The translations under genes were made by a program, and so were the position numbers. The notes beneath the pieces are model-generated. The model saw only the letters and a program-made list of their open reading frames with translations. It made no database searches and was not told the DNA's origin. A stretch of 64,000 bases of DNA, taken from Nymphaea colorata. Taxonomy: Eukaryota. Of this stretch, positions 51,401 through 64,000 are shown piece after piece (position 1 is the stretch's first letter; the number at the start of each line of letters is the position of its first letter). The stretch lies in NCBI RefSeq assembly GCF_008831285.2, contig NC_045138.2, positions 20,460,001 through 20,524,000 of the forward strand, given 5' to 3'.

Positions 51401-54400
51401 ATCAATGTACACACATGCATCATTTGTGTGTTCTTTTTCCTATAATTGTTTAACAGTGTTAACTCCTATGCTGATCCCATGAGTCAACCGTATGAGTCTG
51501 AGTGATAAGTCTTTGGGCTGAAATTTGTGCAAGATTGTTAGAAAACTATGTTGTGCATGGTTCTTTGTGAATGAAGTGTTTTCTGAACTTATGCTCTCAA
51601 CTGTTTGAGTTGATGGAGTAACTCATTTGCAAGTTTATGTACTTAACTTGTTATATCGCATGATGTGTTACAGTTTTTTTCATCTAGAACAATGGCCCTA
51701 ATACAAGTGCTACTTAGATTTTCTGTTGGGCTTGAAGGAAGAGAAAAAATACATTAGGTTAGTCCTAACCCTTCTTAATAGAGATTAGGGATAACAATAA
51801 AGGATTACATATTAGTCCTCCAAAAATAATGAAATAATAAAAACATCATTCTAAATTTTCTAGTTTTCAATAACCCCCTCAAGTTAATATCTCTCAACGA
51901 TTCCTCTCAAGTTGGACCATAGATATCATAATTGCTCAGCTTGTTACAACATTTAGAGAATCTAGAAATAGGAAGGAGTTTAGCAAACACACAACCACTT
52001 GATTTTCTAAAGAGAGTTGAACTCTGCAGCAACATTCCCTACTTCAACCATATTATAAACATAATGGCAATCAATCTCAATCTACCTACTCCTGTCATGG
52101 AACACCAAATTATTTGTTATGTGGGTAACAGCCTTATTATCACACATCATTTCCATTATTCCATAAGAAAAGAAACTTGTATGCCCAGGAAAGTAAACAT
52201 AGACTTGATCCATATCATCTTTACAACGCTTTGGGTAAGAGGCCTACGCTCTGATTCAGTGCTTGACATCACAAAAACTGTTTGTTTCTTGCTTTTCCAT
52301 GTGATTAAATTTCTGCTGAAAAAACGCAAAACCCTATGGTGGACCTTCTGTCATCAAGGGATCTTGCACAGTCAACATTAGTATATGCGAATGCGACCAC
52401 ATCAAGAGATTCACTCTTCATAAACAATAGACCCTATACTGGAGATGATTTTAAGTATTTGAGGAGCATCATAACAGCATCCTAATGAATCATCTTTGAC
52501 TTATCTATGAATTGACTCAATTTTTCAATAACTAAAAATATATTTGGTCAGGTTTATAGTGACATAAAGAAGCAATACCAATTAGAGACCGATAAGACTT
52601 GATGTCAATAAGTTATGATTGTTCACCATTGTTATAGTTCATGTCTCCTCAAAAGATAAAGTGGCTAATATGTTGATAAACCCTTTCTAATTTCTGGATT
52701 CTCTAAATGTTGCAACTTATAACCAGTTAAGCAAGATTGACTTCTATATTCCAGCTCGAGAAGTAGTGAGAAATATTAAGTAAAGGGGTCTTTTGGGAAC
52801 TTAGTAAAGGACTAAAGAGAGATTAGGGCTCATACTAATCAACTTTTCTTGCTTCCTCCCACCCATGTTCAACAAGTAAACAACATCAAACTTTTCTAGT
52901 TCTCAAAAAACCCCTCACATTAATATTTCTCAACGTTTTCTATATCCCTCTGCAGCCCATCTTCATAAAATGATGGGTTCTTCACAAGAAGAATCAGGAA
53001 CATGTTTGCAAATGAGGCAAGGGAGATCATGTTGGGCAACATCTGAGGTCAGCTTTATATCTCTCTTTCAAGAAGGAAAAAAAAAAAACTAAGGTACATA
53101 GGTTCATGCAGTTACTTGCAGATCTTGTGATATTGGTATTTGTTGGCTTCACCAACATCAGCCATGTTCAAATCACTTTTGAGAACAAAATAGATGGAGT
53201 GTCACACATCTTCCACTCATTCAATCCATAAGTAACTATAAAAGGGCAGATATTGAGAACCCTTTTCCCCAAATTTTATCATGTCAATGACAGTATTTCC
53301 ATTCTGTTTTACAATCTTCTCATAGAAACGATGCCAATCATGCCGTTCTGGCTACTAATATCCATAGCCCCTTAATAAAAGTATGGTGCCATTATCAAGA
53401 TAGTACACTATTCCCAGAAGAAAATAGATGAGTGTCGCACATCTTCCACTCATTCAATCCATAAGCAATTGCAGAAAAACAGATATTGAGATTTTCATTT
53501 CCAAAATATTCTCATGTCAAGGACGGTATTCCCATTCTGCTTCACAATCTTCTCATAGAAAAGATGCCTGGCTCCTGAGATCCATAGGCCCTTAGTAAAA
53601 TATCGTGTCAATATCAACTATCAATATAGTAATATACTATTCCCCAGTATCTGTCATGCTATTTTATTAAGATCTAAGGACAAAAAAGACTAAAGAACAT
53701 AAAACAATGCAAATTACCCTTCAAACCCTTCCCGCTTGTCAACAAATGCAGTAGTGCTTGTGCTTGAACCTGAGGGATGTTCCTTGGCATGTGAAGTGTC
53801 CTCCATAACAAGAAAAGCTTGTTGCGCAATGTCATTGTACCTAGATGAAGCATGAAGTTAGACATGGTGATCAACATAATCAATTCAAAACACACAAGGA
53901 ATCAGCATTATCAAACATAACAAGCCAATAACACTAGATATAAAGAATGACAACCAAGGACAGATAAAAACATAGTAGCAGGAGCAATCAAAATAGTTGA
54001 TTTTTGGACTAAAGGATTGAATGACTACATGTGAATCAGAGGTCCTCACACCTAGCAAGGGGGTTGGACTTAAGACCTTACAGTTGATGGAGGTGAAGGT
54101 TCCCACACCTAGGGGTGTGCCGCTTGGCATAAACTGGTAGGGTCTGCCTAACCTCTTGGCTTCCCAACACTCACAAACTCCATGATCAGAGACTCATTGA
54201 TAAGCAGATAGTGACTTCCCATTTATTGCACTATACAAGTGTATGCATCTCGTTGTGTGGATGCAGGAATACCATCATTTACAACCATAAACAGGTCACA
54301 AAAAAAACAGACAGGAAAGGAGGAGAAAAGGAACAAAGCCTTGGCACATGCATGACTATATAGATATATCATATATGTAGTAGATGAGTTTAGGATTCAC

Positions 54401-54674
54401 TTTGACAAAATTAGGATTGATTAGAGATTAGAACAACATTAAGAGCTAAAGAATGGATTATGGAGAAGAAGATACAAACACAAACATATTGGGTATTTTC
54501 TCAAAAGATAGAGTCAGTGCAGTAAACAGCAAACACAATCACAAGAAATCAAGAAGCTGGATCCAATTGAAATCAAGAAGAACGGGATTAAGTAACCAAC
54601 ACACACACACACACACACATATATATAGATATATATATATACATACATATATATATATACATACATATATATAT

Positions 54675-54728
<54 letters not shown>

Positions 54729-57700
54729 TTGCCACTCAAATAACTAAAACGGTCATTGATCCAATCAACAAGTCAAGTGATAAAGTGAAACTAAAAAGTT
54801 ACATTTGAAAGCTTTTCTTCAACAAATAAGGCAAGAAATAATTACCATAAACTGCTTATTATGAAGCTGAAAAGATATAATGGGTAAAACCAAAGTACCT
54901 GAAATAGTTATCCACATAAAAAAGATGTCAATGGAGCAAACAGAAGAACAAAAAATACAGAAACTCAAAAACAACTGATCATGATAGAAAATGTACAGTA
55001 ATGAGCTCAACGATTGTGCATGCACAAAGAGACACCCTAGCATGTGTTGGGGGGGGTGGGGGTGGCATATGCATGTCACATGCATGTGTGAACATTTAAA
55101 GTAAGAAACCACAAAGCTTTCTTATAGTGCAAGCCACTGAGCACTTATGTCGACTAGATTTTAATGGATAAGATAAATTTCAGAATGAAGCCACAGAATA
55201 ACAATATGCAAAAAGCGAATCAGATATAGTCCGTACTGAACATAGTGTTGGGCAGGAGAACAATCCAACAAGATGCTATCACTTGCCCAAAATACCATTA
55301 CATATTCAAGCATTTGATAGTCATGCAATGAATCTCACTCAGTGGAACTAATTCCCATTTCAGTTGGGCCATGAATGCAGATATTGTGCCCATCCAAAAA
55401 GGAATAATCCAAACCCACCTTTTTTGCCTTTCTATTATGCAATTTGCTCTGCCTCTGAGATGTGGCAAACTATTCCAAGAAGGGTTTCAATGAACAGCAG
55501 GTGAAAAACATTTCCTATACAGAATATTCCAATCGATGCATTACAATGTGGTGAAAGTTATCCCCGGATAACTTATTTGCAGCTAAAAGTGGGTGATTTT
55601 TTTCACTTAGGGGAATCCACATGCATGGTGGTAGTGTGCATGCTCAGTTGAGGCAGCAGCTTGCCATCAATAGCAGCAGTGGCAAGGATACATCCTAAAT
55701 GCCGAAATTTCAACAATAAATGAAAGAAACTAAAGGTGTCCAAGAAAAAAAGTAGATTCTGCTTCAAACCAATTTGGAGTTTACATTTTTCTTTCTTCTG
55801 CCAAATTCTCCAATCTCCATAGCATGAAATAGAAAAAAAAAATTGCTAAATTTTGTGATGATGGTAGGCTGAAAGAAGCCATGAAGTGTTCAAAATTTGC
55901 AATGAAGTTTTACGTTTAGAAAATTACTGTGGCCTTCTTCAATTATGTATAAATCAACTAATCTTTCGAAGATGGTAAGAGAAGTGAAGCGAATCTACTG
56001 TGAAAGTGAAGATTAATGGTGTTTTAGAAGTAAAGTTGGTTTCACGTAATTACTATTTGATGGTGTAGAGAATAAGGGCGTCCTTTTTGGAATCTGACCA
56101 TGAACAACTATTTAAAGGAGGGTAGTTATAAAGAAATCATGTTGCTTTTTCTTGCAATATGAAGGAGTGGAGTCAGATGACTCAGACCTCATGCTTACAG
56201 CTTTTCATGCGCCCTGAATTGTTCCAATGCAGCAATGGCAAGACAGGCTCGTGATTGGTGACAAAACCAGGGCCTCACTGCTAAGTTATAGCAGGTAATG
56301 CTCTTGTATCCTTTCACTTGATGTTTTAAAACCTAGTGACTCGGGACTCGACTCATCCATTCTTGACTTGTGACTCGGTGGGTCAACTCTGTGGCTCGGA
56401 GCCATTTTTGTTAGCTGTCATTGTTGAAAGAAAATATAGCTTGACATTCAAACATAAAAAAGTTGTAAAATGACTTTATCACAGGAATAACTCAGAACTA
56501 AATCAACTTAACATCACGTAACTAAGTTATATTTACTCATGTGATAACAAGAAATCGAACAATTGCTGCTTATAGTTGCATACTTCAAAACTAAGTATCA
56601 AGAATCAACATATGAATAAAAAATAAGTCGACCAAAAATGGGCATTAAAATCAATATATTCAAGTATTCAACTATCAAATAGTTAACAAATTCTACACGT
56701 GCGTATGTATTTTGTAAATCCAAAAGTCCAAAAGTTAAGAGGCCAAAACTCTAAAAATAAAAATAAATAGATAACCACATTTGCAGTGAATTTGCAGTAT
56801 GTAAATTTAATAAATGAACAATAATTGTAAGTTCTTATGTTCCAATAAGTTAGAAGATTTATGTGAAAAACAATGTAATTAAGTAGTTAGAAAAATACAA
56901 AGTTTATTACCAGACCGCATCGACTCAAACTAGTTCCGGCCAAGTCAAACAAGTTTTATCCAAGTCGACCGAAGTTTCAGCCAAGTCAGGCCAAATCACA
57001 GCCGAGTCATGCCAAATTTTGATCATAAGCGAGTCGCCCTAGTGGGTTGACCCAGTAGAGGTCGTCAACTCAGTGAGTTTTAAAGCACTGCTTTTACTCA
57101 AGAAATAGGACAGAATAAGCATGGATAAGTATTTCTGTCTGAATGAGATATTGTATTATTCAATGCTAGACTTTCAGTAAAATTTATGTTTGCCATTCAA
57201 ACACAGGAGACGTTTTGCAAGCGATAACTTTTTTCGGCATAACTTTTACCCCAGACATTCAATCCAGTATTTTTTTTTTACCCTGGATTAAAATGTCCAC
57301 GTATTCAAGCACATCTCTAAGGATTTGAATGCATTAATCAGATGTATATTGTTTTACTAAACGGATGCAACATAATATGGATGTGAACACCAGAGCAGAT
57401 TATCCCTGAAGAAGAGAGAATAGTCTCTCCTTTTTCAGAAACATATCTAACATAGAAAGCTATTAATAGTTCAGAAAATCTTATTTACTGAACAGAAGAG
57501 ATATTGCCAACTATTGCAGAATTATAATGTGGGAAGGCTTCAAGACCAGCCGTCATAGAAAAGCTGGCTTACTTGACAGTTGACAATAATCAGATGACAT
57601 GCCTAACTTTCTAGGGAAGATGGAAAAGCATACTTACATAAAAAATCTCAATTAGGAGTGAGCGTAAGAAAGCGTAAAGCTTTAAAGTTCGCTGAAAGTC

Positions 57701-60700
57701 ACATGGTACACTTGAACTAAGCTGTCTACAATCATGTGGCAATATTGAAAACAGAATTGGCTTAATGACTGAATTGAGAAGAAGGATGCTGCAAAGAAAA
57801 AATATATATATTTCAGAGAACTACAATGAAACATAATTGATTACTTATATGCAACCTATAAGAGCACATGGATTACTGGTTACGATGCAACTGTATAGCT
57901 GTGCTACCTTTTTAACTTCACAGGCATTCAACATGCTGTTTCAACATAACCATCAATTTTTTGAGATACTCAGCATTTATTTAATGGAAATATATCAGGA
58001 CATACAAATGCACAAATAACTAAGTGAAGAATTTCTCACGAAGGGATCCAACAAGGGTAAATTGCAAGTGTAAACGTAAGTAAAACAGCATACAGAGGAT
58101 AGTGCTGTAAGGAATCCTTTCAGTTTAACATACCACAACAGCAAGAAAATTTAGCCGTTCTCAAGTTATAAAGCGGCAGCTGGTGGAATCTGGATCAGAT
58201 AACCAATTGAACCGAGTTTGGAAATTAAAAATGAACAGACTTTCCCATGTTCTTCACCAAATTCTGAATAAGAATTAGATGAGAAAGGCACTTCAAATGT
58301 CTTACCATTCTTAAGTTCCTGACATGCATTTGGACACGAAATCATTGCTAAAGCAAAAGGTTCAATGTGCCAAAAAGGAGACAAATAAATCATCAATTCT
58401 AAACTCATATAAATGCTGAGTGCTGGCATCCTTCTCAAGCATTTAATAAACTAAATGCTAGGAGCTTCGACAACTCAGCAAGAAAAATTTTAAAAGGAAA
58501 ATAGCCAAGAAAGTAGGAGAAAGAAAAAGGAGAGTAGAATCAATTGACCCCATAGACACACAATCATTCACTAGCTCATGGCTTCAGGGAGATAATGTAT
58601 CTAAAAGCAAAACGTAAGGCCTTCCTAGGAGCTGCTCATATGTTCACTATCATTGAGTTCTGTCCCAACTTACATAAGAGCATTTTTGTTACTCCACTAC
58701 TTCTTGTCTAAAGCCACATACTCAATAATCTTATAGTTCTTCACTAATTTCTTGTAAGCCTTGAATGGCTTTTCTCTTTCGTTAATGTCTTCCATCTGCA
58801 CAGTACCCTTCCTCTTGTAGGCTTTGTGATAAGCCATTCTACACATTACACCAAACCACCTTAAATGGTAATTCCTCTTTTTTTCCAAATTAATGCAGTA
58901 TACCAAACATTGTTTGATGTATTGAGTTCAACATCCTTTTCAATAATGTCACACGTCAACTTCAAGATACAGATTTTGCAATATGTTCTCTCTTCTTATT
59001 CTTCAGTGGCGATCCACCATTTGATAACACATAGGATGATAGGAGTGTTGGTTTTGTTACATAGAATTGATATGGCAGTATATTATTCAAGTTTTTATGG
59101 CTATTATTTCATTATCTGATTGTGCCTTATAGAAAGCATTATTTTACTTGTCATGGTTGTCATTTCTTTGTCCAAATGGACCAAAGGCTACTAGGAATAT
59201 CTTCTCAGAGTCACCATCTTGCTGTGTCAAGGATAGTTGAAAAAACCATACCATAAATTTACCATACATGTAAAGGGACATTCTCAATCAGAAACCTGTG
59301 AAAATTAGCAATTTTATGCTTTGAAATAGCATACTAAAGTCTCTAAAAAAGTTAATCAACAGTAGGCTAATTTAAAAATATTGAGAATGACTGACCTATC
59401 TTGGTGATAAGATGCACCCAGGACGAAATACTTCTCAATATGTGGCCAAATTAAGCACATTTATGCTAGATGATCCAGAGAAGTTATTTCACAAAATTAA
59501 GCACATTCATGTTAGATGATTAAGAAAGTTACTGTTGAAGCAGTTGAAGAACGAGCAATATACAGAAATTCAGTCATCAGACCAGCTAGGTAAAAAAAAT
59601 ATTGATGACAGGTTTGTCTCCTTTCGACACCTTCTTGTGGTATTCAGAAGCCGCTTAGTGAAACTATAAAAATGGTTATTAAAAAATAATAAATGCCTAC
59701 ACATGGATCAGACTTGAAGAGTTGTACAACAATAGGACCTGGAACACCATTAAAAGGCAGTAAGACAATAATGTGGGTGGGGCAAACTAGGTAGACTTAG
59801 TCATCATCAATCCATGATACCTTAACTGGTTTATTGCATAGCTGCTATACCAGCTATCGAAAAGGCGCTTCAAGGCAAAGAAGAAAAATAGCTAGTACAT
59901 ATGGGCCAGTAGCTGATTTCTACATTGATTTCTAAGGAGAGAGCCAAGAGGTGTATGTGAACTCGACTGGTATATGTACATGATGGAACATCTTCCCGAC
60001 CTTGGTACCAACTGCCACCAATGTGTTGAATCATAGATATTTCATCAACCATTCTCCAAGGCCAAAAAATATATCCATTTGCTTGTCTTCTTTGGATAGA
60101 TGATGTCATAACCTGCCAAATTGCTTCGATGATGCCAAGGAGAGTCTAGATGACATCATTTAAAATAGAAAGTACAACTGATGAACATGGAGAAACGTAA
60201 AACTAGTTCCAGCAAATAAGACACATGCGCAAAAAGCTTTGGTACTAAAGAAGATTCCGTAATACTACGGACAAACCACTTTCCTTCTTATTTTTACAGA
60301 TTCCTTAGATTAACTTAACATGCCCAATTCAGTGCAAATGAATGTCAATCATATGATTTCAACATGCTGTAAGTAGGTAAATGTCAAAACCACAAAGTCC
60401 ACAATGCCCAAAACCTTAATTTTTGGCTCATCAATCATATGGTTTTTACATCCAAAAAAAAAAATTGAGATTGACAAATTTGCAGGAATCAAATGGCCCG
60501 TGACTGATACCTTCCTAAGAAAATAAGGCCGTTCAGAATGAAGCACTGTCCCGTTCTGATCGCCAACTTCCTCGACCTAAGCAGCAAAAAAGGGATAACA
60601 GTCACATGAAGAAAAAGAACGTGGGAGAACAATAAATACCTTGGAACGTTATCAAGTATACGCCATATCATCATACAGAGGCGAATAACGAGAAATCGAG

Positions 60701-60846
60701 GAGCACCAAGAAAATGAGAGAGACAGTGAGAGAGGGATTTGCCTCTTGCAGAAGAAGAAGGCTCGGTGTAGGGAGCAGGCTTCTCTGAAGCCAGAAAGCC
60801 AGAGGAAGAAAGCATGCTTGCTTAGAACTCTTAGAACGTCGATCAT
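43572..60846 (-). CDS. EI24: EI24 (etoposide-induced protein 2.4) family multi-pass membrane protein; 11 exons, about 331 aa
   Basis: Exons 60846-60743 (GC donor), 60576-60511, 57788-57638, 54898-54846, 53840-53718, 50956-50893, 49123-49038, 47875-47793, 46518-46442, 44148-44033, 43644-43572 (996 nt, phases agree). Translation includes LWLSGFREACSLHR, RSRKLAIRTGQCFILNGLIFLGS, VLWFYPLYLFSF, WYNDIA, LLSWMYSYYCFEYKWN, NWAFFAGFGSPC, MAILFPLFVLSATG, matching plant EI24 homologues as I recall them. The last exon (43644-43572) is the least certain. Confidence 0.9.
45698..45860. mobile_element. 163-bp hAT-type MITE (EI24 intron 9)
   Basis: TIRs CTATGCTGTCAAG / CTTAACAACATAG; perfect 8-bp TSD GAGCTCAT (45690-45697 and 45861-45868); subterminal GCCTAGGCGAGG repeats. 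Confidence 0.8.
47900..48967. mobile_element. CATAG-ended MITE interrupted by a nested hAT element (EI24 intron 7)
   Basis: TIRs CATAGTCACAAAA...TTTTGTGACTATG; interior homologous to 115-481. Confidence 0.75.
48063..48732. mobile_element. Nested non-autonomous hAT element
   Basis: TIRs CTATGTCACATAG / CTGTGTGACTTAG; perfect 8-bp TSD CTAATAAC (48055-48062 and 48733-48740); GC-rich subterminal GGTGCC and GCACCCGA repeats. Confidence 0.85.
51724..52935 (-). mobile_element. Decayed, truncated copia remnant related to the 11494-16818 element, in EI24 intron 5
   Basis: 51905-51960 (ctcaagttggaccatagatatc...gctcagcttgttacaacat) matches the RNase H end and PPT at 11681-11730. Further patches to about 52600 resemble RT/RH. 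LTR-like block 51724-51899 shares the gagattaggg motif and a similar 3' end. Confidence 0.7.
52767..52874 (+). mobile_element. Putative solo LTR (108 bp), opposite in orientation to the surrounding remnant
   Basis: TG...CA ends; flanks AGTAG/AGTAA (4 of 5 matching TSD); reverse complement (TGTTGAAC...aaaagttga...ccctaatctct...cccctttacttaatatttctca) resembles the copia LTRs in this window. Confidence 0.55.
53187..53647. repeat. Diverged tandem duplication, unit about 234 bp (EI24 intron 5)
   Basis: Both units begin aaaatagatg..gtgtc.cacatcttccactcattcaatccataag (53187 and 53421). Confidence 0.85.
54599..54725. repeat. Compound (CA)n/(TA)n/(TACA) microsatellite
   Basis: Read directly. Other SSRs lie at about 2313-2352 (TA), 20213-20255 (CT), 24995-25031, 32077-32128 and 34265-34301 (CT). 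Confidence 0.95.
56319..57090. mobile_element. Non-autonomous hAT element (EI24 intron 3)
   Basis: Ends TGATGTTTTAAAAC / GTTTTAAAGCACTG; TSD CTTTCACT/CTTTTACT (7 of 8); subterminal GACTCG/CGAGTC repeats. Confidence 0.7.
58650..58910 (-). mobile_element. RTE-clade LINE 3' end fragment in EI24 intron 2
   Basis: Translation EKKRNYHLRWFGVMCR...EREKPFKAYKKLV...VALDKK resembles the RTE RT C-terminal motif EK.R..RLRWFGHV.R...RGRP.K.W...A.DR. Confidence 0.65.
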
Positions 60847-62329
60847 GGTGGAAAGGGGGGGGAGGTAGAAGCAGAGGAAGGGGGAGGACGGAATTTCTTG
60901 TGGTTGCGTCCGTCGTCAATTGCCTTTCTTCATTCCTTCTGATAAACTTTCAATGACGCACCAGATGTTTTGTCAATAATATACGATACATCTGAACTTT
61001 TCAATAATGTTCGAACCGGCCCTAAGTTATTTCATGATTAATAAAAAAATCATATTTATGTTAAATCAATCTTAAACTCACTTTACTTTCTACATAGCTT
61101 AACCATGAATAACATAGTTATTTTTCTAATACAAATAGCTTTCTATCGTTAACGAATAAACAAACTTTCATATAATTATTCTTTTATACCAACAAAGGTT
61201 TATTAAATCCAGATGATATTAATTATTATGGAATGTAATCGAATAGGTTAGCGTCAATTAATAAATTCCAATTTTTTTTTCATTTGGTCCTTCTTGCTCA
61301 ATAATCTGACCTTAGGTCCTTAAGTTAGTATTAATATAAAATAAAATTAATAAAAAGGTCAGTTTTATTAATGACATAAAATATAGGTGCAAATCAAGGA
61401 ATTCTAAAAAAGTTGACTGCAGTTTTTCATTATGACCAATTTTTTGAGTGCATTTTTGAAATCTTCCTTGTATTTTTTTAGTCATCCCACGAGAGAACCT
61501 GCACCTGCAGTTTCAATCATTCGTGGGGCCCGCTGCCCTTTTGATTTCTTTCTCGGGTCTGGATCCCGGATAGAACCAGGTGCCATCCAAACTCCAAAGA
61601 CGCTTCAGCGGGTCGGATCATGAGTCCGAACTTGAATCCAGATCTGACTTGTCTAGATTCTAGAACCTAAGGATTTTAAATATCTGAACTGACGTGGCAA
61701 AGCTTTGTTCATATTGGCAAAAGATCCACATCAAGAGTCATTATTTATCAAATTAAGAATCTCTGGTAGGAAGTGGGATCATAGTTTGTTAGATCTGACT
61801 TAAGATCCAAGTACTTAAGATCTTCCTTTTAGTGATTTTACATTGTTCAAATGATCAGCTTACGAGAAGATGATACAAAGAAATGCCTGAATATTATAGT
61901 GATTTTACATTGTTCAAATGATCAGCTTACAAATAAATAATGTTTCCTTTTTATACTTTTCCATAGAAAGATTCACCCTTAAATTGTCCATCTTTTTTGA
62001 AACATTATTTTATAACCTTAATATTAGTAATGCATAAATAAGTTCTTAAATGTATTTATTTGCAACAAAAATTCTCATGCATGTTAAAAATACACAAAAT
62101 ATATATATATACATATTATTGACTTTAAAAAGCCTATGTTTGTTCTATATGTTTTTAGTAGTCATTGGTGTTTGGAACGAAATAAAAAATAATCTATTTT
62201 TTGTTGTAATTTAAATTTAAAAAAACAATTTGGCGTATATGATTTGTTTCTTGAGAATCTCATTTAAGAGAAAACTTGACAATAACAGATATCATTATAC
62301 TTCAATGTTTTCGTTAAATTGTTGGAAAT

Positions 62330-62730
62330 ATTTAGCTCAACTCATATATTGCGAGCTCGAACTCGAGTCAAACTTTACAATGCCAGCTTCAGCTTGACTC
62401 GTTTGACTATGTTAGAGCTCGAGCTTGACTTGTTTGAACTCGTGAAGACCCATCAATAATACTTCATCTTAACTCGATAACAAGCTAACTCGAGTTCAAT
62501 ATCAAGCTACCTCAGCTTCAGCTCTACTCTATGAGTTGACTTGGCTCAACCCATTGAACATCCTTGGTTGAACATAAGCCTACTTGAATTTACTTGAACT
62601 CAACTTTTTTACAAATTCGAGTCTTAATTTAACCTCAAGCTCAACTCGTTTAACTAAATGAACTCAATATTAGGTCCAGCATACGGATTGAGCTCAAGGC
62701 AAACATGAGTTAGCTCAAGCCATTGAATAC
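62330..62730. repeat. Degenerate GAGCTCGAG/AACTCG motif array, probably DNA-transposon subterminal remnant
   Basis: Many imperfect GAGCTC, CTCGAG and AACTCG units. Confidence 0.5.
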
Positions 62731-62817
62731 CTCAAAATCTACCAAGACATTTACAACCATGGATCAAATATTAATTTCTGCAATAAACATCTATATATTG
62801 TCAGCTAACAAACTACC

Positions 62818-63200
62818 GGGCTGTTTGGTAATAGGAATAGCAACAAGCCATTTCATAAGTATGTTCTAATATCGATGTAGATTCATGAACACTCAGTGTT
62901 TCATGAAACTGTTTCAATCTTTAGGGCAAATATATGGAACATTTTGTTACCATCCACATGACCAAACGACATCCACGGGGCTGTTTAACAACTGAAACAC
63001 CATGTTATTGTTTCATGAATTTATATGCTCCAAATATCGAGTTAGATTCATATAACACTTGTTTTTGTTTCATGAATTTAGCTAAAAAGTTGTGACAAAT
63101 TTATAGAACAGTTGAACAAGTATTCTACAAATTTACCTCAATCTTTAAAGTATATAAAATAATAAAACACTTGTAGTTGCTAAACTATACCTAACAAAAC
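62818..63200. mobile_element. Tourist-like MITE remnants (two related units)
   Basis: GGGCTGTTTGG at 62818 and GGGGCTGTTT at 62977, each followed by similar tttcatgaa...aatatcga..tagattca...aacact blocks. Confidence 0.4.
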
Positions 63201-63407
63201 ATAGCTTTTGCTGGCAAATTTGTGGTATATGTGAAATGTATAAACCTTGTGAAAAGCTGTGTCGAAATTAGGCGGTCTCTTTATTCTATTCGTAATCCAA
63301 TTTTTATGAAACTTGCCTGGGGTTGTCCAATTCACTAAGTTATTTTTTGTATTGCCTGAAAAATTTGGGTGCCTTATAAATTTACTGGGAACTCAAACCC
63401 CTTTTTC

Positions 63408-63622
63408 TAATAATTCAAGATATAAACCCTCAATTAACCCCATTCACTTTTTTTAATAATTCAAGATATAAACCCTCAATTAACCCCATTCACCTTTTAT
63501 ATCTACACTGCTCCGAGGGGCATAGCATGGCTGGTCAGTCCAAACATCGTGAATTTTCATGGAACGGTTCTGAGGGGCATAGCATGACTAGTCAGTCCGA
63601 ACATCGTGAATTTTTGTGGAAG
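63408..63622. repeat. Two adjacent tandem duplications (units about 46 bp and 57 bp)
   Basis: taataattcaagatataaaccctcaattaaccccattcac x2; gaggggcatagcatg.ct.gtcagtcc.aacatcgtgaatttt x2. Confidence 0.85.
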
Positions 63623-64000
63623 GATGACATGCATGACACTCAAGCCCAATTGTGTACCATGACTATCGAGGTCTTGAAACAGCCTTGAATCTTAAGGTTG
63701 GGAGAAGGGGGCTGGCTTCGCCTCTTGCGGATGGCCGCCTGTCTTTCTATACCTGCAAACAATACGCCATTAATGCTCACAAAGACCACACCAGATATAG
63801 TTTTCTCCCCAAAACATAGACGATCAACTCAAAAGATCCAATTGGTGCAACTACATACATTTGATGGTGAGATCAACAAGATCCAACTTTTTAACCCTTT
63901 TTTTTTTTTGCAAATAATGAATCCGTAGTTTTGATTCATGAAAGCTTTCATTTTCAGTTACTAAAATTCGACGTATGTTTTGATATGCTGGAAAAACAAA

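Noticed and set aside
51932..52381. 149-aa plus-strand ORF
   Set aside because: Lies antisense to the decayed copia RNase H remnant; not an independent gene.
59870..60112. Candidate extra exon or ORF in EI24 intron 2
   Set aside because: EI24 exons 2 and 3 join in frame without it, and the peptide resembles nothing I recognise.
63408..63622. Short direct repeats that might suggest a CRISPR-like array
   Set aside because: Only two head-to-tail copies of each, no unique spacers, eukaryotic context.

Overview
AT-rich, intron-rich flowering-plant genomic DNA holding three complete spliced genes, each rebuilt by hand with consistent reading frames. (1) A 19-exon GH35 beta-galactosidase, BGAL10-like with a C-terminal SUEL lectin domain (+, 9038-34081, about 857 aa). 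(2) A 3-exon 8-oxoguanine DNA glycosylase OGG1 (-, 40024-34862, about 403 aa), convergent with the first gene. (3) An 11-exon EI24-family membrane protein (-, 60846-43572, about 331 aa; last exon least certain). BGAL intron 5 has a GC donor and carries a young, full-length, antisense Ty1/copia element (11494-16818) with 181-bp LTRs differing at 2 sites, a TGTGT target-site duplication (TSD), three ORF lesions and a predicted protease-excising intron. Introns and intergenic DNA also contain several hAT-type MITEs with 8-bp TSDs (one nested, with its empty site visible elsewhere in the window), Tourist-like MITEs, a decayed second copia with an inverted solo LTR, an RTE-LINE fragment, a fold-back of about 1.3 kb in OGG1 intron 2, and many microsatellites and short tandem duplications. 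I see no clear evidence of a wholly new biological system. The best leads are the fold-back, the copia splicing signal, the GC-versus-GT donor choice in EI24, and a G21 tract just upstream of the OGG1 start codon.
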